Source of the DNA: Leptospiraceae bacterium
GTDB taxonomy: Bacteria > Spirochaetota > Leptospiria > Leptospirales > Leptospiraceae
Length of the DNA: 64,000 bases
Assembly: GCA_020440865.1 (NCBI GenBank)
Contig: JAGRNF010000008.1
Location: 35,341 to 99,340 of the forward strand
Direction of reading: 5' to 3'
This document shows positions 1 to 10,429 of this stretch, piece after piece. The stretch's first letter is position 1. Every line of letters starts with the position of its first letter. Both the position numbers and the translations under genes were made by a program. Under the pieces are notes generated by a model. The model was not told where the DNA came from. It saw only the letters and a program-made list of their open reading frames with translations, and made no database searches.

Positions 1-275
1 GGATTCAATTTACCGGATGGAAAAAAATTTTTGTACCAATGCTCTCCATTCCGCATGAAGACTTTGTACTAAACGAAAAAAAACCAATCAAAATCACAGG
101 ATTCCTTCTCAAACCTCCTCCGGAGTCAGAAAAATCCAGAGAATTCCTTGTAGTTATTGACAACATTCTTCTTCATCACTTCAATAAATATAAAATTCGA
201 CCGTAAGTAAAATATTGCAAATTTACCCAAGTCTAAAAGTTTGTAATCAATTAGATCGAGTCAAAAGGAGTATTT

Positions 276-881
276 TTGGAAGACGAAATCGAAAAAACAG
301 TAGCCGAATACAGAAATCAAATGAAAGAAGCTGAAGGATCCTATGCGTTCAGACTACTAATGCTAGATTTTAAAGAAAAAGCCCTAAATGATGAAATAGC
401 AGTATGGTTTTTATTTAAGAGCATCATCAAAGAATGTATAGAGTCTCCGGACTATTTTGAAACCAACCCTAGTGCTATAGTCAGTACATTCTATATCTTA
501 AATGATATAGACAATGAAAAATCCTTCGCACTCCTGAAATGGTTCATTCAGAACTGCAATGAGAACACTCCTAACGGAGCCATAGAATTGCTCTCCACTC
601 TGATCACCAGTTTTTCCAATTTGGATTTCAAAGAATTTCATACTTACTCCAAATCCCAAAACCAGGCCATCTCCGGAATTGGCTATCTAACGATCTACAA
701 TCTCTTTATGGAAGGCAGACTTTCAAAAGAAGAAGCAGAAAAGGTATTGGAAATTTCTAAAAATTACAACAATAATAGATATCATATCAGTGACACCCAT
801 GAAACTCTGAAATTCAGATTTCGTGAACTCTATTCAGATGAAAACTACGACAATTCAGAAATCGACTTAAACTTACTCTAA
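276..881 (+). CDS. hypothetical protein
   Basis: 201-aa ORF with a TTG start at 276-278, preceded by AAAAGGAG about 6 bp upstream. No motif I recognise. Confidence 0.5.
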   Translation: MEDEIEKTVAEYRNQMKEAEGSYAFRLLMLDFKEKALNDEIAVWFLFKSIIKECIESPDYFETNPSAIVSTFYILNDIDNEKSFALLKWFIQNCNENTPNGAIELLSTLITSFSNLDFKEFHTYSKSQNQAISGIGYLTIYNLFMEGRLSKEEAEKVLEISKNYNNNRYHISDTHETLKFRFRELYSDENYDNSEIDLNLL

Positions 882-900
882 AAGGTACACAATACAATAA

Positions 901-2604
901 ATGAAGACAGATCTAAACAGAAAGTATTCACGATTCTTCCTTCCCTCGGACTTTGACCCCAAAAACAAAGATAGTCTGATCAATAACTACAAAAGAATTT
1001 TAGAATATCCTATTGAATCCTTAGAAGACCTTCATATTTTTTTAAAGTTTTGGTCTGAATTGGGATCTGTTGTGGATGAGACCGGTTCTCTTGCCTATGT
1101 AGAGATGACATGTGATACAAAAAATGAATCAGCAGAGAAAGCCTACCTTCATATGGTAGAAGAAATCTACCCGGTCTGTCAGGAATATGAAGACAAACTC
1201 AAAGAAAAATTTCTCAATTCTGAGTTTCTTTCTTCCCTGGATGAAAAGTACTACGGGTTGTTTATCAAACAAACCCGAACCGACAAAGAAATCTTTCGAA
1301 AAGAAAACATCGAGCTCTACAGTAAGGACTCGGTTCTCAGTCAAAACTACCAGAAAATCACCGGTGCATGGATGATTGACTTCGATGGAAAAAAACAAAC
1401 TGCCCAGCAAATGCAGGTCTACCAGGAAAACACTGATCGAAGTATTAGGGAAGCTGCCTATAGAGCGAGAGTGGAGGTCCATCTAAATGATGCCGACAAG
1501 CTCGATGACCTATTCGATGAAATGCTTACTGTTCGAACTCAAATCGCAAAGAATGCGGGATTTTCCAATTACCGTGATTATGTCTTCAAAGAAAAGAATC
1601 GATTTGATTACTCTCCCGAAGATTGTTTGAATTTTCATGAAGCGATAGCCGAAGAACTTGTCCCCTTACTTACCGAATGGAGCAAGAAAAAATGTGAAAA
1701 ACTTAAAATCGACTCCCTTCGACCCTGGGATCTCTACGTCGACCCCGACAGCAAAGGATTGATCAAAGCCTTTGAAAACGAAAATGAATTCACCGAAAAA
1801 GCGCAAAAAATTTTTGATGAGGTTCATCCTTCTGTGGGTCAATACTTTCGCTTTATGCGTGAAAACAAACTTTTGGACCTGAACAGTCGTGAAGGCAAGG
1901 CACCCGGTGGATACATGACAGAATTGTCTGAAAAACGTGTGCCTTTTATTTTCATGAATGCAGTAGGAACGAAAAGAGATGTGGATACCCTGCTTCATGA
2001 GGGAGGTCATTCCTTTCATGCATTTGAAGCCAGAGATCAGGTTCTGAAGAGCTATCGATCCTCTCCTCTCGAATTTGCAGAAGTAGCCTCTATGTCTATG
2101 GAACTTCTCGGTAGAAAGTACTTTCACTATTTTTACTCTAAAGATGATTTGAATCGAGTTCTGAATGAACAATTGATCAAGATTGTAGAATTTTTCCCGT
2201 TTATGTCGATGATTGATTCCTTCCAACATTGGGTCTATACAACCGAAACTCCGGATAGAAAAGCAAGGGGCGAGAAATGGAAAGAATTGAATAAAAAGTT
2301 TCAACCTTTCCTGGATATGACAGGCCTCGAAAGGATAGAAGAAACCCGATGGCAGTACCCTCATGTCTTCACTGTACCTTTTTATTATATCGAATATGGG
2401 ATCGCACAAATTGGAGCACTTCAAATTTGGAAAAATAGTTTGAATGATGAAAAGAAAGCTGTGGATTCTTATTTACATGCCCTAAGTTTGGGAGGCTCCC
2501 GTCCGATCCCCGAACTCTTTCAGGAAGCAAATATTGAATTTTCAATGAACAGACAAATGCTTTCGGGTCTTGTTGATCTAATTCAAAAAAACATTCAAAG
2601 CTAA
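901..2604 (+). CDS. pepF: oligoendopeptidase F, M3B zinc metallopeptidase
   Basis: 567 aa; HEGGH zinc-binding motif (LLHEGGHSFH); length and layout typical of M3B PepF. Confidence 0.8.
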   Translation: MKTDLNRKYSRFFLPSDFDPKNKDSLINNYKRILEYPIESLEDLHIFLKFWSELGSVVDETGSLAYVEMTCDTKNESAEKAYLHMVEEIYPVCQEYEDKLKEKFLNSEFLSSLDEKYYGLFIKQTRTDKEIFRKENIELYSKDSVLSQNYQKITGAWMIDFDGKKQTAQQMQVYQENTDRSIREAAYRARVEVHLNDADKLDDLFDEMLTVRTQIAKNAGFSNYRDYVFKEKNRFDYSPEDCLNFHEAIAEELVPLLTEWSKKKCEKLKIDSLRPWDLYVDPDSKGLIKAFENENEFTEKAQKIFDEVHPSVGQYFRFMRENKLLDLNSREGKAPGGYMTELSEKRVPFIFMNAVGTKRDVDTLLHEGGHSFHAFEARDQVLKSYRSSPLEFAEVASMSMELLGRKYFHYFYSKDDLNRVLNEQLIKIVEFFPFMSMIDSFQHWVYTTETPDRKARGEKWKELNKKFQPFLDMTGLERIEETRWQYPHVFTVPFYYIEYGIAQIGALQIWKNSLNDEKKAVDSYLHALSLGGSRPIPELFQEANIEFSMNRQMLSGLVDLIQKNIQS

Positions 2605-2622
2605 ATTCGGGGCGATTTTCTA

Positions 2623-5259
2623 ATGATAAAACGAATTGTACTTTTAGTTTGTCTGTTTTTTTTCTATATTTTTCCTATCCACTCAAAAGCAAATCTCACT
2701 TTCTGGGATATCAAAGGGAATGTTCAGGAGCTTCATATCAATGAGAAAACTGTATTCAGCTCCAAAACCCCCCTCACTGAAATTCCAAAAAATCTGAGTC
2801 CATCCGATAAAATTGACTTTGGATTCTATGTAGGTGAGTACTTTATCCTGAAGTCCGAGAGCGAAAATTTTTCTAATCTCCTCACCCTTTTGAATTCAGA
2901 GGGGAAAGAGTATCAACTCCTAACCAATCTTCTGGTTTACTATTGGGAATTAGAAAAAGGAGAGTCCAAAAAAGCAGAAGCTCAGCTGGATTCTTACATT
3001 CAATCCGAATCTTCAGAAGCCCATTCACACATGGCAGCTCTGATCAAACAATTTACCGACAAAAAAACCAATTATTCACTGAATAAATCTGACATCCAAA
3101 AACTGAGCTGTTTAAAAGCTGAAAATTATATGAATCTTTGCCGGGTCATCAAATTTCGACTGGGTCTTGAGTTAGTAATCGAATCGGATAGCAATACTCA
3201 TAGGCACTACACAGACCTGGACAGAGCTCTAGCTCCATTTTTTGAAGAATCAAATCTGGGATATGTCCCTTTCTTGGAAAAAGTCATCCCGGATGTATCC
3301 GCAAAATTAGCTTACATCGGAATGGCAGGTGAAGCGATTCATTTCCAAAAAATGCAATTAGAAAACGAAAAGTTATCCAATCGCTTTGAAATCATATCCT
3401 ATGAACGACTATCATTTTATCATATGTTGAATGGTGATCTCGAATCAGCTGAATCTACCCTAGATGAAGCCCTTCAAAATTTAAAAGCCACAAGCATTTT
3501 AAAAAACTCCATACTTCTCAAAGCGGGTTCTATTGCCTATCTCAGAAAAGATTACAAAAAATCCCTTAAGTACTTTACAGATTTGAATATGAAGTATTGG
3601 GGTAGGACTATGAGACATCCAATCAATGATGAGAACATTTCTCCTTATAGCGCTCGAAATCTAATTGCTTATGTCATATCCAAAGCAATCAATCCTGCCA
3701 CAGCCATCAAAGCTCTCAATAAGCTCAAAACCAAAAAGCCGGATGAAGAAGATCTTTTCATCCAATTGCGTATCGCACATATCTTATTTCCCGAAAGACC
3801 TAAGATAACCGAAAAAATCACAGACGACATTATTTACATAGCTCAGAGTAAAGGATGGAAGCGTGTTGAGTATGCAGCGACCCTCCTGAATGGCTACACC
3901 AATATCATCAATAGAAAAAATCGACGTTCTGTAATACAATTCACAAAAAGCTATGGAATTTTGGGAAAATCCGATCATAAGTTCCGATCTGAATGGATTC
4001 GACAGTCGGGAATGCTTCTCGGAAGACTCCAGGGGAAAGAAAGAGGAAGACATGACAAATCTTTCCATTCCCTCATCGAAATGATGAGAAAAAATGAATA
4101 CGACTATGACATTCTATCAGTGAATATGTTCCTGGATCGAAGATTTGGTCCGGAAGAAGTTACAGAAAAAGCCTTAGATTTTTATAGATCCAGACAGGAC
4201 TATTCTTCATTTCTATCAACTCTGTACTACAGTCAGTACATTCATTCCAGAGATTCCTTTCACAATAGTAGTCTTCTACAAATTCCTAGTGTTTTGAGAA
4301 GGCTAAAGGTTTACAAAGGTTTCCGACCTTCTATCGACAATCTTTACTTCAAGAGCAAACAGATTAAAAACCTAAAAATAGAAGCAAAAGAAATCTCAAA
4401 AAATTACAACAAGTTTGACGATAAAGTATTAAATAAGATCAAAACTCCTTTTCTGGCAGTAATTCCTTTCAATGGCAAGGTTTATGTAGTCGCTTACAAA
4501 CCGGATAGAAAAGCAAATTATCGGTGGAGTATTCTAAATTTTTCTGAAAAACAATATGGAAGTGTAGAGTACTACGAAAAAATTATTTCTTCATTTCCAT
4601 GGATAGAAGGTGACAACTCATTTCAAATTTATTTGAATCAACAGGGAGCAGAACTCTATCAAATCCTCAGAAAGAATAAGATTTCCTATAATATCAAACT
4701 GTTTTATAATTTTCAAACGAATTCAGACTCTTCTGAGACTCAATTGAATCCGGTAACTGCCGAGTGTTCTCAAACAGATAAACTTGAAAAAATCCAATAT
4801 CTCCCTTCGGATTATTTTGAAGGAACCAAAACTTTGAATCTTTCCAACACTCTCCAAATTTGGAATTTTCAGGAGTTTGATTCTAAAATTTCGGGAAGTT
4901 CAAATTCTATCGAATCCTATTCCTGGAAGTGTGGAAATTCAAATGTCCGGTTTGAAAAGTTGCAGAGAAGAGTTGATGATCGCAATCTGCCCAATGCTAT
5001 CCTGATTACAAATACCATTCTTAAGGAATCGACAAGCAGGGTTCTGGCGAAAGATTATATGAAATGGACAGATTTCTGGATGAAAAAAGGAGTCTCTACT
5101 ATTTACTTTATTGATAGATTAGAACAGGATGAAATAGGAAATGAAATTCTGGAACTCATTTCGGTAAGCAATCCGGGAAGTTCAAACTTGAACAAACTAT
5201 CCAAACTCTTAAAACAAAATAGCAGAGAAGGTGTGGTTCTAAACAGAGGACCGATCTAG
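2623..5259 (+). CDS. large secreted hypothetical protein (878 aa)
   Basis: N-terminal hydrophobic signal peptide (MIKRIVLLVCLFFFYIFPIHS). No catalytic motif recognised. Starts 19 bp after pepF. Confidence 0.55.
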   Translation: MIKRIVLLVCLFFFYIFPIHSKANLTFWDIKGNVQELHINEKTVFSSKTPLTEIPKNLSPSDKIDFGFYVGEYFILKSESENFSNLLTLLNSEGKEYQLLTNLLVYYWELEKGESKKAEAQLDSYIQSESSEAHSHMAALIKQFTDKKTNYSLNKSDIQKLSCLKAENYMNLCRVIKFRLGLELVIESDSNTHRHYTDLDRALAPFFEESNLGYVPFLEKVIPDVSAKLAYIGMAGEAIHFQKMQLENEKLSNRFEIISYERLSFYHMLNGDLESAESTLDEALQNLKATSILKNSILLKAGSIAYLRKDYKKSLKYFTDLNMKYWGRTMRHPINDENISPYSARNLIAYVISKAINPATAIKALNKLKTKKPDEEDLFIQLRIAHILFPERPKITEKITDDIIYIAQSKGWKRVEYAATLLNGYTNIINRKNRRSVIQFTKSYGILGKSDHKFRSEWIRQSGMLLGRLQGKERGRHDKSFHSLIEMMRKNEYDYDILSVNMFLDRRFGPEEVTEKALDFYRSRQDYSSFLSTLYYSQYIHSRDSFHNSSLLQIPSVLRRLKVYKGFRPSIDNLYFKSKQIKNLKIEAKEISKNYNKFDDKVLNKIKTPFLAVIPFNGKVYVVAYKPDRKANYRWSILNFSEKQYGSVEYYEKIISSFPWIEGDNSFQIYLNQQGAELYQILRKNKISYNIKLFYNFQTNSDSSETQLNPVTAECSQTDKLEKIQYLPSDYFEGTKTLNLSNTLQIWNFQEFDSKISGSSNSIESYSWKCGNSNVRFEKLQRRVDDRNLPNAILITNTILKESTSRVLAKDYMKWTDFWMKKGVSTIYFIDRLEQDEIGNEILELISVSNPGSSNLNKLSKLLKQNSREGVVLNRGPI

Positions 5260-5267
5260 GAAGAAAA

Positions 5268-5528
5268 CTAGAGAGAAAAAGCTGATGAAATCACATTTCT
5301 AAGATCAGATTCGATTTCTTTGGGATCAATGTTTGTATTCAGGCATTGTTGCATATGCTCTTCCACATAAGCCTGTCCGAATTTTTTAAGGGCGTTGGTA
5401 GCAGCTTTTAATAATTGAATGTTTTTCTTGCAGTCAGATGGCTGATCGATCAAATTTCTCTTGATTGCTTCTATCTGCCCTTGGATTCTGTTTAGTCTAT
5501 GGATGAGTTCTGTTTGATTCATGCACAT
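5268..5528 (-). CDS. CsoR/RcnR-family (DUF156) metal-sensing transcriptional repressor
   Basis: 86 aa. The family signature LIHRLNRIQGQIEAIKRNL matches. Cys around residue 33 plus H-x3-C (HMQQC) is arranged like the Cu(I) ligands C36/H61/C65 of CsoR. Confidence 0.65.
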   Translation of the reverse strand: MCMNQTELIHRLNRIQGQIEAIKRNLIDQPSDCKKNIQLLKAATNALKKFGQAYVEEHMQQCLNTNIDPKEIESDLRNVISSAFSL

Positions 5529-5595
5529 ACCCTAAGGGGTATAGGTATCCTGTCAAGCGAAGTTTGTTGAATGTAAAAAAAAAGGAGAGATTTGA

Positions 5596-6519
5596 TTGAG
5601 TACTGCAGATACATCTGAAAAACTATCCAGATTGTCCTCACCTGATCTGGATGAGGTTCTGGGATTGCCGTTTCGGGTACTGGATGATGGTTTCATTCGG
5701 GTAATTGATTATATGGGCACAGACGAAGCTATAGTTCAGGCCGCCAGAGTTTCCTATGGAAAGGGAACCAAGAAAGTCAATGAAGACAGAGGACTGATTC
5801 GCTACCTACTCCGCCACAAGCACACAACTCCTTTTGAAATGTGTGAAATCAAATTGCATGTTCGCGTTCCCATGGACACCTGGAGACAATGGATCCGACA
5901 TAGAACAGCAAATGTGAATGAATACAGTACAAGATATTCAGTGGCAATCGATTCTTCTCAAAAAACTTCCCCCTCAGAATGGAGAAAACAATCTTCAGAC
6001 AACAAACAGGGAAGTTCCGGATTTTTCTCTCCTGAAGATGGAAAACTACTGACTGACCAGGAAAAAGAATTCCACAATCTTTCACAAAAAATTTACAACG
6101 AACGAATAGAAAAGGGAATCGCCAGAGAACAGGCAAGAAAAGATCTTCCCCTTTCCACATACACAGAAGCCTACTGGAAAGTTGACCTTCACAACCTCCT
6201 GCATTTTCTTGCTCTGAGAATGGACTCCCACGCTCAACTAGAAATCCGACAGTACGCCAGAACAATTGGTGAAGAAATTGTAAAGCGTTGGTGTCCTATC
6301 GCATGGGAAGCCTTTCAGGACTATGTTGTACATAGCTCCAGCCTTACCCGTATGGAAATGGAAATTCTCAAAGAAATCACTTCGGGAAATACTGAATCCG
6401 CCATTCAAAAAGCAATCGGTTTCGGAATGTTAAATTCTGATCGATCTGTAAAGAAAAATCGGGAACGGGAAGAACTTGAGGAAAAGCTAAAAGACCTAAA
6501 TTTAAATATTCCCTGGTAA
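5596..6519 (+). CDS. thyX: FAD-dependent thymidylate synthase ThyX
   Basis: ThyX RHR-x7-S motif (RHRTANVNEYS). TTG start with AAAGGAGAGA ribosome-binding site upstream. Confidence 0.85.
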   Translation: MSTADTSEKLSRLSSPDLDEVLGLPFRVLDDGFIRVIDYMGTDEAIVQAARVSYGKGTKKVNEDRGLIRYLLRHKHTTPFEMCEIKLHVRVPMDTWRQWIRHRTANVNEYSTRYSVAIDSSQKTSPSEWRKQSSDNKQGSSGFFSPEDGKLLTDQEKEFHNLSQKIYNERIEKGIAREQARKDLPLSTYTEAYWKVDLHNLLHFLALRMDSHAQLEIRQYARTIGEEIVKRWCPIAWEAFQDYVVHSSSLTRMEMEILKEITSGNTESAIQKAIGFGMLNSDRSVKKNREREELEEKLKDLNLNIPW

Positions 6520-6530
6520 GAATGTACTAA

Positions 6531-6622
6531 TTCTCATAAATAATTACAGATTTCCTATTTGGGTATGTAGCCATTTTATAGCTGAGTTCTTTATGAAAGT
6601 GAAAATATTTTTGATATTGACT
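6531..6622 (-). repeat. copy D of the ~95-bp interspersed repeat family (minus orientation)
   Basis: Plus-strand tcataaataattacagatttcctatttgggtatgtagccattttatagctgagttc...ttgatattgact aligns with copy C (49288-49380) at about 65-70% identity. The TATAAAATGGCTAC core is on the minus strand. Confidence 0.7.
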
Positions 6623-6629
6623 TTAAGTA

Positions 6630-6697
6630 ACTCACCTTATGCACTTCATGCGAAAGGTGAGTAGATTTCCGTGGATCCGTCGACAGAATGGGAAATC
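6630..6697. terminator. tandem hairpins between convergent thyX and hydrolase genes
   Basis: ACTCACCTT (6630-6638) pairs with AAGGTGAGT (6654-6662). GATTTCC (6664-6670) pairs with GGAAATC (6691-6697). A T-run, ttatttttatt, follows about 15 nt downstream. Possible bidirectional terminator; no canonical U-tract touches the stems. Confidence 0.35.
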
Positions 6698-6785
6698 ATC
6701 ATCTCCGAATCCTTATTTTTATTGATTTATAAGTAAAATATAATTTTGAATAAAAAAAAACCAACTTCAAGTTTTCTCAAAGCAT

Positions 6786-7601
6786 TTAAAATTCCAAATT
6801 TAAAAATTCCTTTCTTGCCTTCAGTGTATCACGAAAAGTGGAAAGATTATTGTGATACCCTCCTTTGACTTCAACATACCTAATTCTTTCAGACAACCTG
6901 CCGATTTCCCTTCCCATTTCCACAGGAATGATTTCATCACGATCTCCGTGTAAGATTAACGTATTACCACCATAACTATCGACATATTTTTTAGTCTCCA
7001 GGCGATATGACAGTATCACACCTGGGACAAAAGGAAAGTATTTCTTTGCGATAGCGGGAAAATCAGTGTAAGGTGTCTCTAATATTAATCTCTTTGTTTT
7101 TTTATGATTGGCAAGGTAGGCGGCAATCGCTGTTCCTATAGATCTTCCATAGGGAATGATTTCCTTACCCGGATATTTTTGAACTAAGTATTCATAGAGT
7201 TCCAATGCATCCGAATACAATAAGTCTTCATCCGGTTTTCCATCACTTTTTCCATAACTTCGATAATCGGTGATAAATAGATCCCAATGATTGGGGAGAA
7301 ATTCTCTGTACACATCTCCCCAGGAACGCAGACTTCCAGCATTTCCATGGAAATAGAGTATGATCCCCTTTGATTCCTGTGAATTGAAATATAAAGAATT
7401 GATTTTCGTCCCATCCTGCATAGCTAAAGTAATCTCTTCAAAGGGAGAATCATATTGAAAAGAATGCTCCGGAGGAAGTTTTTCGGGATAAAAAATCAGT
7501 GATTGTTCCAAAAATTTTAACAATTTCAAGATACCTCCGAATAAAATTAAAAAAAGAACTAGAGTAAAAAGATATTTTTTCATCGCAAAATGCTCAGGCA
7601 C
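6786..7601 (-). CDS. alpha/beta hydrolase
   Basis: GRSIG nucleophile elbow (G-x-S-x-G). HGNAGS-type oxyanion region. N-terminal transmembrane anchor. Confidence 0.7.
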   Translation of the reverse strand: MPEHFAMKKYLFTLVLFLILFGGILKLLKFLEQSLIFYPEKLPPEHSFQYDSPFEEITLAMQDGTKINSLYFNSQESKGIILYFHGNAGSLRSWGDVYREFLPNHWDLFITDYRSYGKSDGKPDEDLLYSDALELYEYLVQKYPGKEIIPYGRSIGTAIAAYLANHKKTKRLILETPYTDFPAIAKKYFPFVPGVILSYRLETKKYVDSYGGNTLILHGDRDEIIPVEMGREIGRLSERIRYVEVKGGYHNNLSTFRDTLKARKEFLNLEF

Positions 7602-7742
7602 CCGTAATTTGATTTTCTTTTTGATTTCTTGAACAATCCATTTATCGTCAGAGAACCGATGTGAATTGGAAAGAAAAGTGAATCTTCCTCAAATTGAAGT
7701 TCCTCCAATCAATTGCAAAAGATATAGTGAACTTAAAAAAAT

Positions 7743-9338
7743 TCACAATCCGAGTGCTTTTCTCCAAAGCTTATAATCCTTTAAGATTTTATCCTTCTTC
7801 AATTTGAATTGTTTCTGATCGGGATCGAGTTGAACCAATACATACTTATCGCAATCCATTTTTTGAATTGGCTTTCCCCAATCCCCCACTGAAAATTTTA
7901 AATCTTTTTTTTCGAAGACCAATACTTCCGGATTTTCCTTTTCCAGTTTTAGTGCCTTACTATGCTTACCGAGCCAGATCATCTGATCTCCTTTTTCTGT
8001 AAGAGGGATAGTTTCGAGTGAAAATTGAGAATAGACAAACAACTCCCTTGATGTCCAGTAATCACTCAGGACCAAACCACTGTAGTAAGGCACAAATTCC
8101 TGGATACAGGATAAAGATTTTGGTGTGTAGTACATAAAATCTTTAAATGAATTTTTGAAATTAAAAAATATAAATATTGGTAAGAAACCTAAGGATAGAT
8201 AATTCAATTTTTTGGGAATCAAAATCACCAGAAGAATCAAAAATGAGAAATAAACACCAAATTCATAACGTACCGAATTCAAATTGAAAAATATTTTTGA
8301 AAAGAGAATAAGTAGAGAACTCAAAACAAATTGAACAATAAAATAAAGAACCAGGGTACCATCAATTTTTTGTGAATGCTCACTGACTTCAGCCTTTTCG
8401 GTAGGAGAGACAATACGTATCCATTTTTTAAAAACTAAACCTAAAAAGATCAATAAAAGAATAGAAATCATAAATAATGTAGATCCATCTAATATCTGAG
8501 TGAGATCGGAAGGCAATTGAATCCCTGAAAAAAGTATCCTCTCTGTAAGAAGATAAGAAGATCTTAAAATATTTAAATCCTTTGGAATCCGATAGGAAGA
8601 ATAAAAGACAAAAAGCAAGACAAGAATCCTGAGCAACCAATCTTTCAACTTAAGATTTTTCCATTGAGAAAATAAATCTACTACAAAGACAGGAAAGATT
8701 CCCCAGAAAAAAAAGAAGGAAGAGGATGCAAGAGAAAGTATTGAATGAAAAACTAATAGATAATGTTTTCCTTTAAACTCAGATCGATACAAACAAAATA
8801 AGATTAAAGAATTTACATAAGCACCCATGTGATGACCGGGAGAGATAGAATTTAACATCAATTGATTTTCCAGGAAATATTGATCTAAGATCAAAAAATA
8901 AAATAAGAAGGGGAATAAAAAAGAAAGAAGAATCTTTTTAATCCGGAAAGGTTGAGAGTGATCCTTCCCATTCAATAAAATCAATGATCCAAAGAAGAGA
9001 GAAAGCATGAAAACAGAATGAAAGTAAAGATAAAGATTGGGATTCCGAACGCCGGTAGTGAGAATAGCAATCAGGATATCGGGCAGACTACTCATCTGCG
9101 GCGCAAATATCCACTCACGGAAGTTCAATGGGAAATCATTCACCACTTCCCAAAAAAGCAGAGAATCTGAGTTTTGAAGGAGAATCGGGAATTTTTCCTG
9201 AGAGTTTAGAATAGAAAAAACAAATAGAAAGTTGAACCCGAAAAGAAAGATCAAACTTTTCAAAAATTGCAAAAATAACCCTCCCTGATTCCATGAGTAA
9301 ATCGAAAATACATGCTTTCGTTCTGATGAATTGCTCAA
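7743..9338 (-). CDS. polytopic integral membrane protein, function unknown
   Basis: 531 aa with many hydrophobic helices and a soluble C-terminal domain of about 130 aa. Confidence 0.5.
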   Translation of the reverse strand: MSNSSERKHVFSIYSWNQGGLFLQFLKSLIFLFGFNFLFVFSILNSQEKFPILLQNSDSLLFWEVVNDFPLNFREWIFAPQMSSLPDILIAILTTGVRNPNLYLYFHSVFMLSLFFGSLILLNGKDHSQPFRIKKILLSFLFPFLFYFLILDQYFLENQLMLNSISPGHHMGAYVNSLILFCLYRSEFKGKHYLLVFHSILSLASSSFFFFWGIFPVFVVDLFSQWKNLKLKDWLLRILVLLFVFYSSYRIPKDLNILRSSYLLTERILFSGIQLPSDLTQILDGSTLFMISILLLIFLGLVFKKWIRIVSPTEKAEVSEHSQKIDGTLVLYFIVQFVLSSLLILFSKIFFNLNSVRYEFGVYFSFLILLVILIPKKLNYLSLGFLPIFIFFNFKNSFKDFMYYTPKSLSCIQEFVPYYSGLVLSDYWTSRELFVYSQFSLETIPLTEKGDQMIWLGKHSKALKLEKENPEVLVFEKKDLKFSVGDWGKPIQKMDCDKYVLVQLDPDQKQFKLKKDKILKDYKLWRKALGL

Positions 9339-9656
9339 AATCTGTATACAGTTTTATGAAATATCAAAAGAGTAGAGTCATTTGTATAAATAAATATAAT
9401 AAGACATAATATAATATTTATTTTTTATATCGCGTTAACATTTACTCTCTATTTTTATAACTCATAGCTCTTTTTATATTTTCGAATATTCTAATTTGTT
9501 AATTGTCTAAGTATTCCTGAGAAAAATCATATTCTTTCCCGGATCAATTCCTCTCTTTCACTGTTACTGTGAGAAAAAAGACTTTTCCTTATCAAGCACT
9601 TCCAGAAATCGTATTATTAGACCCAAAATAAGAAAAGCGAAGAGGAAACGAGGATT

Positions 9657-10418
9657 ATGAAAGTTGTAGTTCTAGTTAAGCAGGTTCCTGATACAGAAAC
9701 CAGCATCAAACTCGGTGATAAATCTATTAACGAAGCGGGAGTTAAATGGATTATCTCTCCCTATGATGAATTCGCCATTGAAGAAGGAATCAAATTAAGA
9801 GAAAAAAACGGCGGTGAAGTCATTGCTGTTACAGTTGGACCCGATAGAACTCAGGAAGCCCTGAGAACTGCTTATGCAATGGGTGTTGACAAAGCTGTTC
9901 AAATCAAAGTTGATAGTTACAATAATTTTGATTCAGCTTTTACCTCAGAATTAATCGCAAATTTTATTAAATCTGAAAACCCCGACATCGTTATTTCAGG
10001 TAGACAGGCGATTGACTCCGATAGCTCACAAACAGGAGTTCAGGTTGCAGAACGTCTCGGATGGGCTCATGTTTCTCTTGCATTGAAACTGGAAATCAAT
10101 GGAACCAGTGCAAAAGTAACCAGAGAAGTGGAAGGTGGAACAGCAGTTGTTGAAGCTTCTTTACCTTTACTTTTAACAGCTCAAAAAGGTCTGAATGAAC
10201 CCAGATATCCTTCCTTGAAAGGCATTATGACAGCTAAGAAGAAACCGATCACTACAGTAAATGCAGCAGATCTCGGAAATCCTTCTGGAAAATTAGAAAT
10301 TGTCTCTTTAGAACCTCCTCCGGCTCGTATAGCAGGAAGGAAGCTTGAAGCAGGTGATGCTGATGGTTTTGCACAACAGTTAGTAAAAGCACTCAGAGAA
10401 GAAGCGAAGGTTATATAA
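9657..10418 (+). CDS. etfB: electron transfer flavoprotein beta subunit
   Basis: MKVVVLVKQVPDTE N-terminus typical of EtfB. An alpha-subunit gene follows immediately. Confidence 0.85.
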   Translation: MKVVVLVKQVPDTETSIKLGDKSINEAGVKWIISPYDEFAIEEGIKLREKNGGEVIAVTVGPDRTQEALRTAYAMGVDKAVQIKVDSYNNFDSAFTSELIANFIKSENPDIVISGRQAIDSDSSQTGVQVAERLGWAHVSLALKLEINGTSAKVTREVEGGTAVVEASLPLLLTAQKGLNEPRYPSLKGIMTAKKKPITTVNAADLGNPSGKLEIVSLEPPPARIAGRKLEAGDADGFAQQLVKALREEAKVI

Positions 10419-10429
10419 GGAGATAAGTT

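Noticed and set aside
185-230. Possible degenerate, internally deleted copy of the repeat upstream of the first gene (tataaaattcgaccgtaagtaaaat)
   Set aside because: The match covers only short blocks (TATAAAAT, GTAAGTA, ATTGCAAA). It is too weak to call without a statistical alignment.
1129-1482. Antisense and overlapping small ORFs throughout the track, for example 1129-1482, 1666-2424, 3784-4068, 5849-6265, 33811-34206 and 34312-34707
   Set aside because: They are embedded in strongly supported genes on the other strand or in another frame. They show compositional bias from the opposite-strand coding sequence.
6672-6687. GGATCCGTCGAC (adjacent BamHI and SalI sites) inside the loop of a hairpin, reminiscent of a cloning polylinker
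   Set aside because: Single 12-mer. The flanks are native AT-rich sequence continuous with thyX and the hydrolase gene, and no other vector-like sequence is present. Treated as coincidence.
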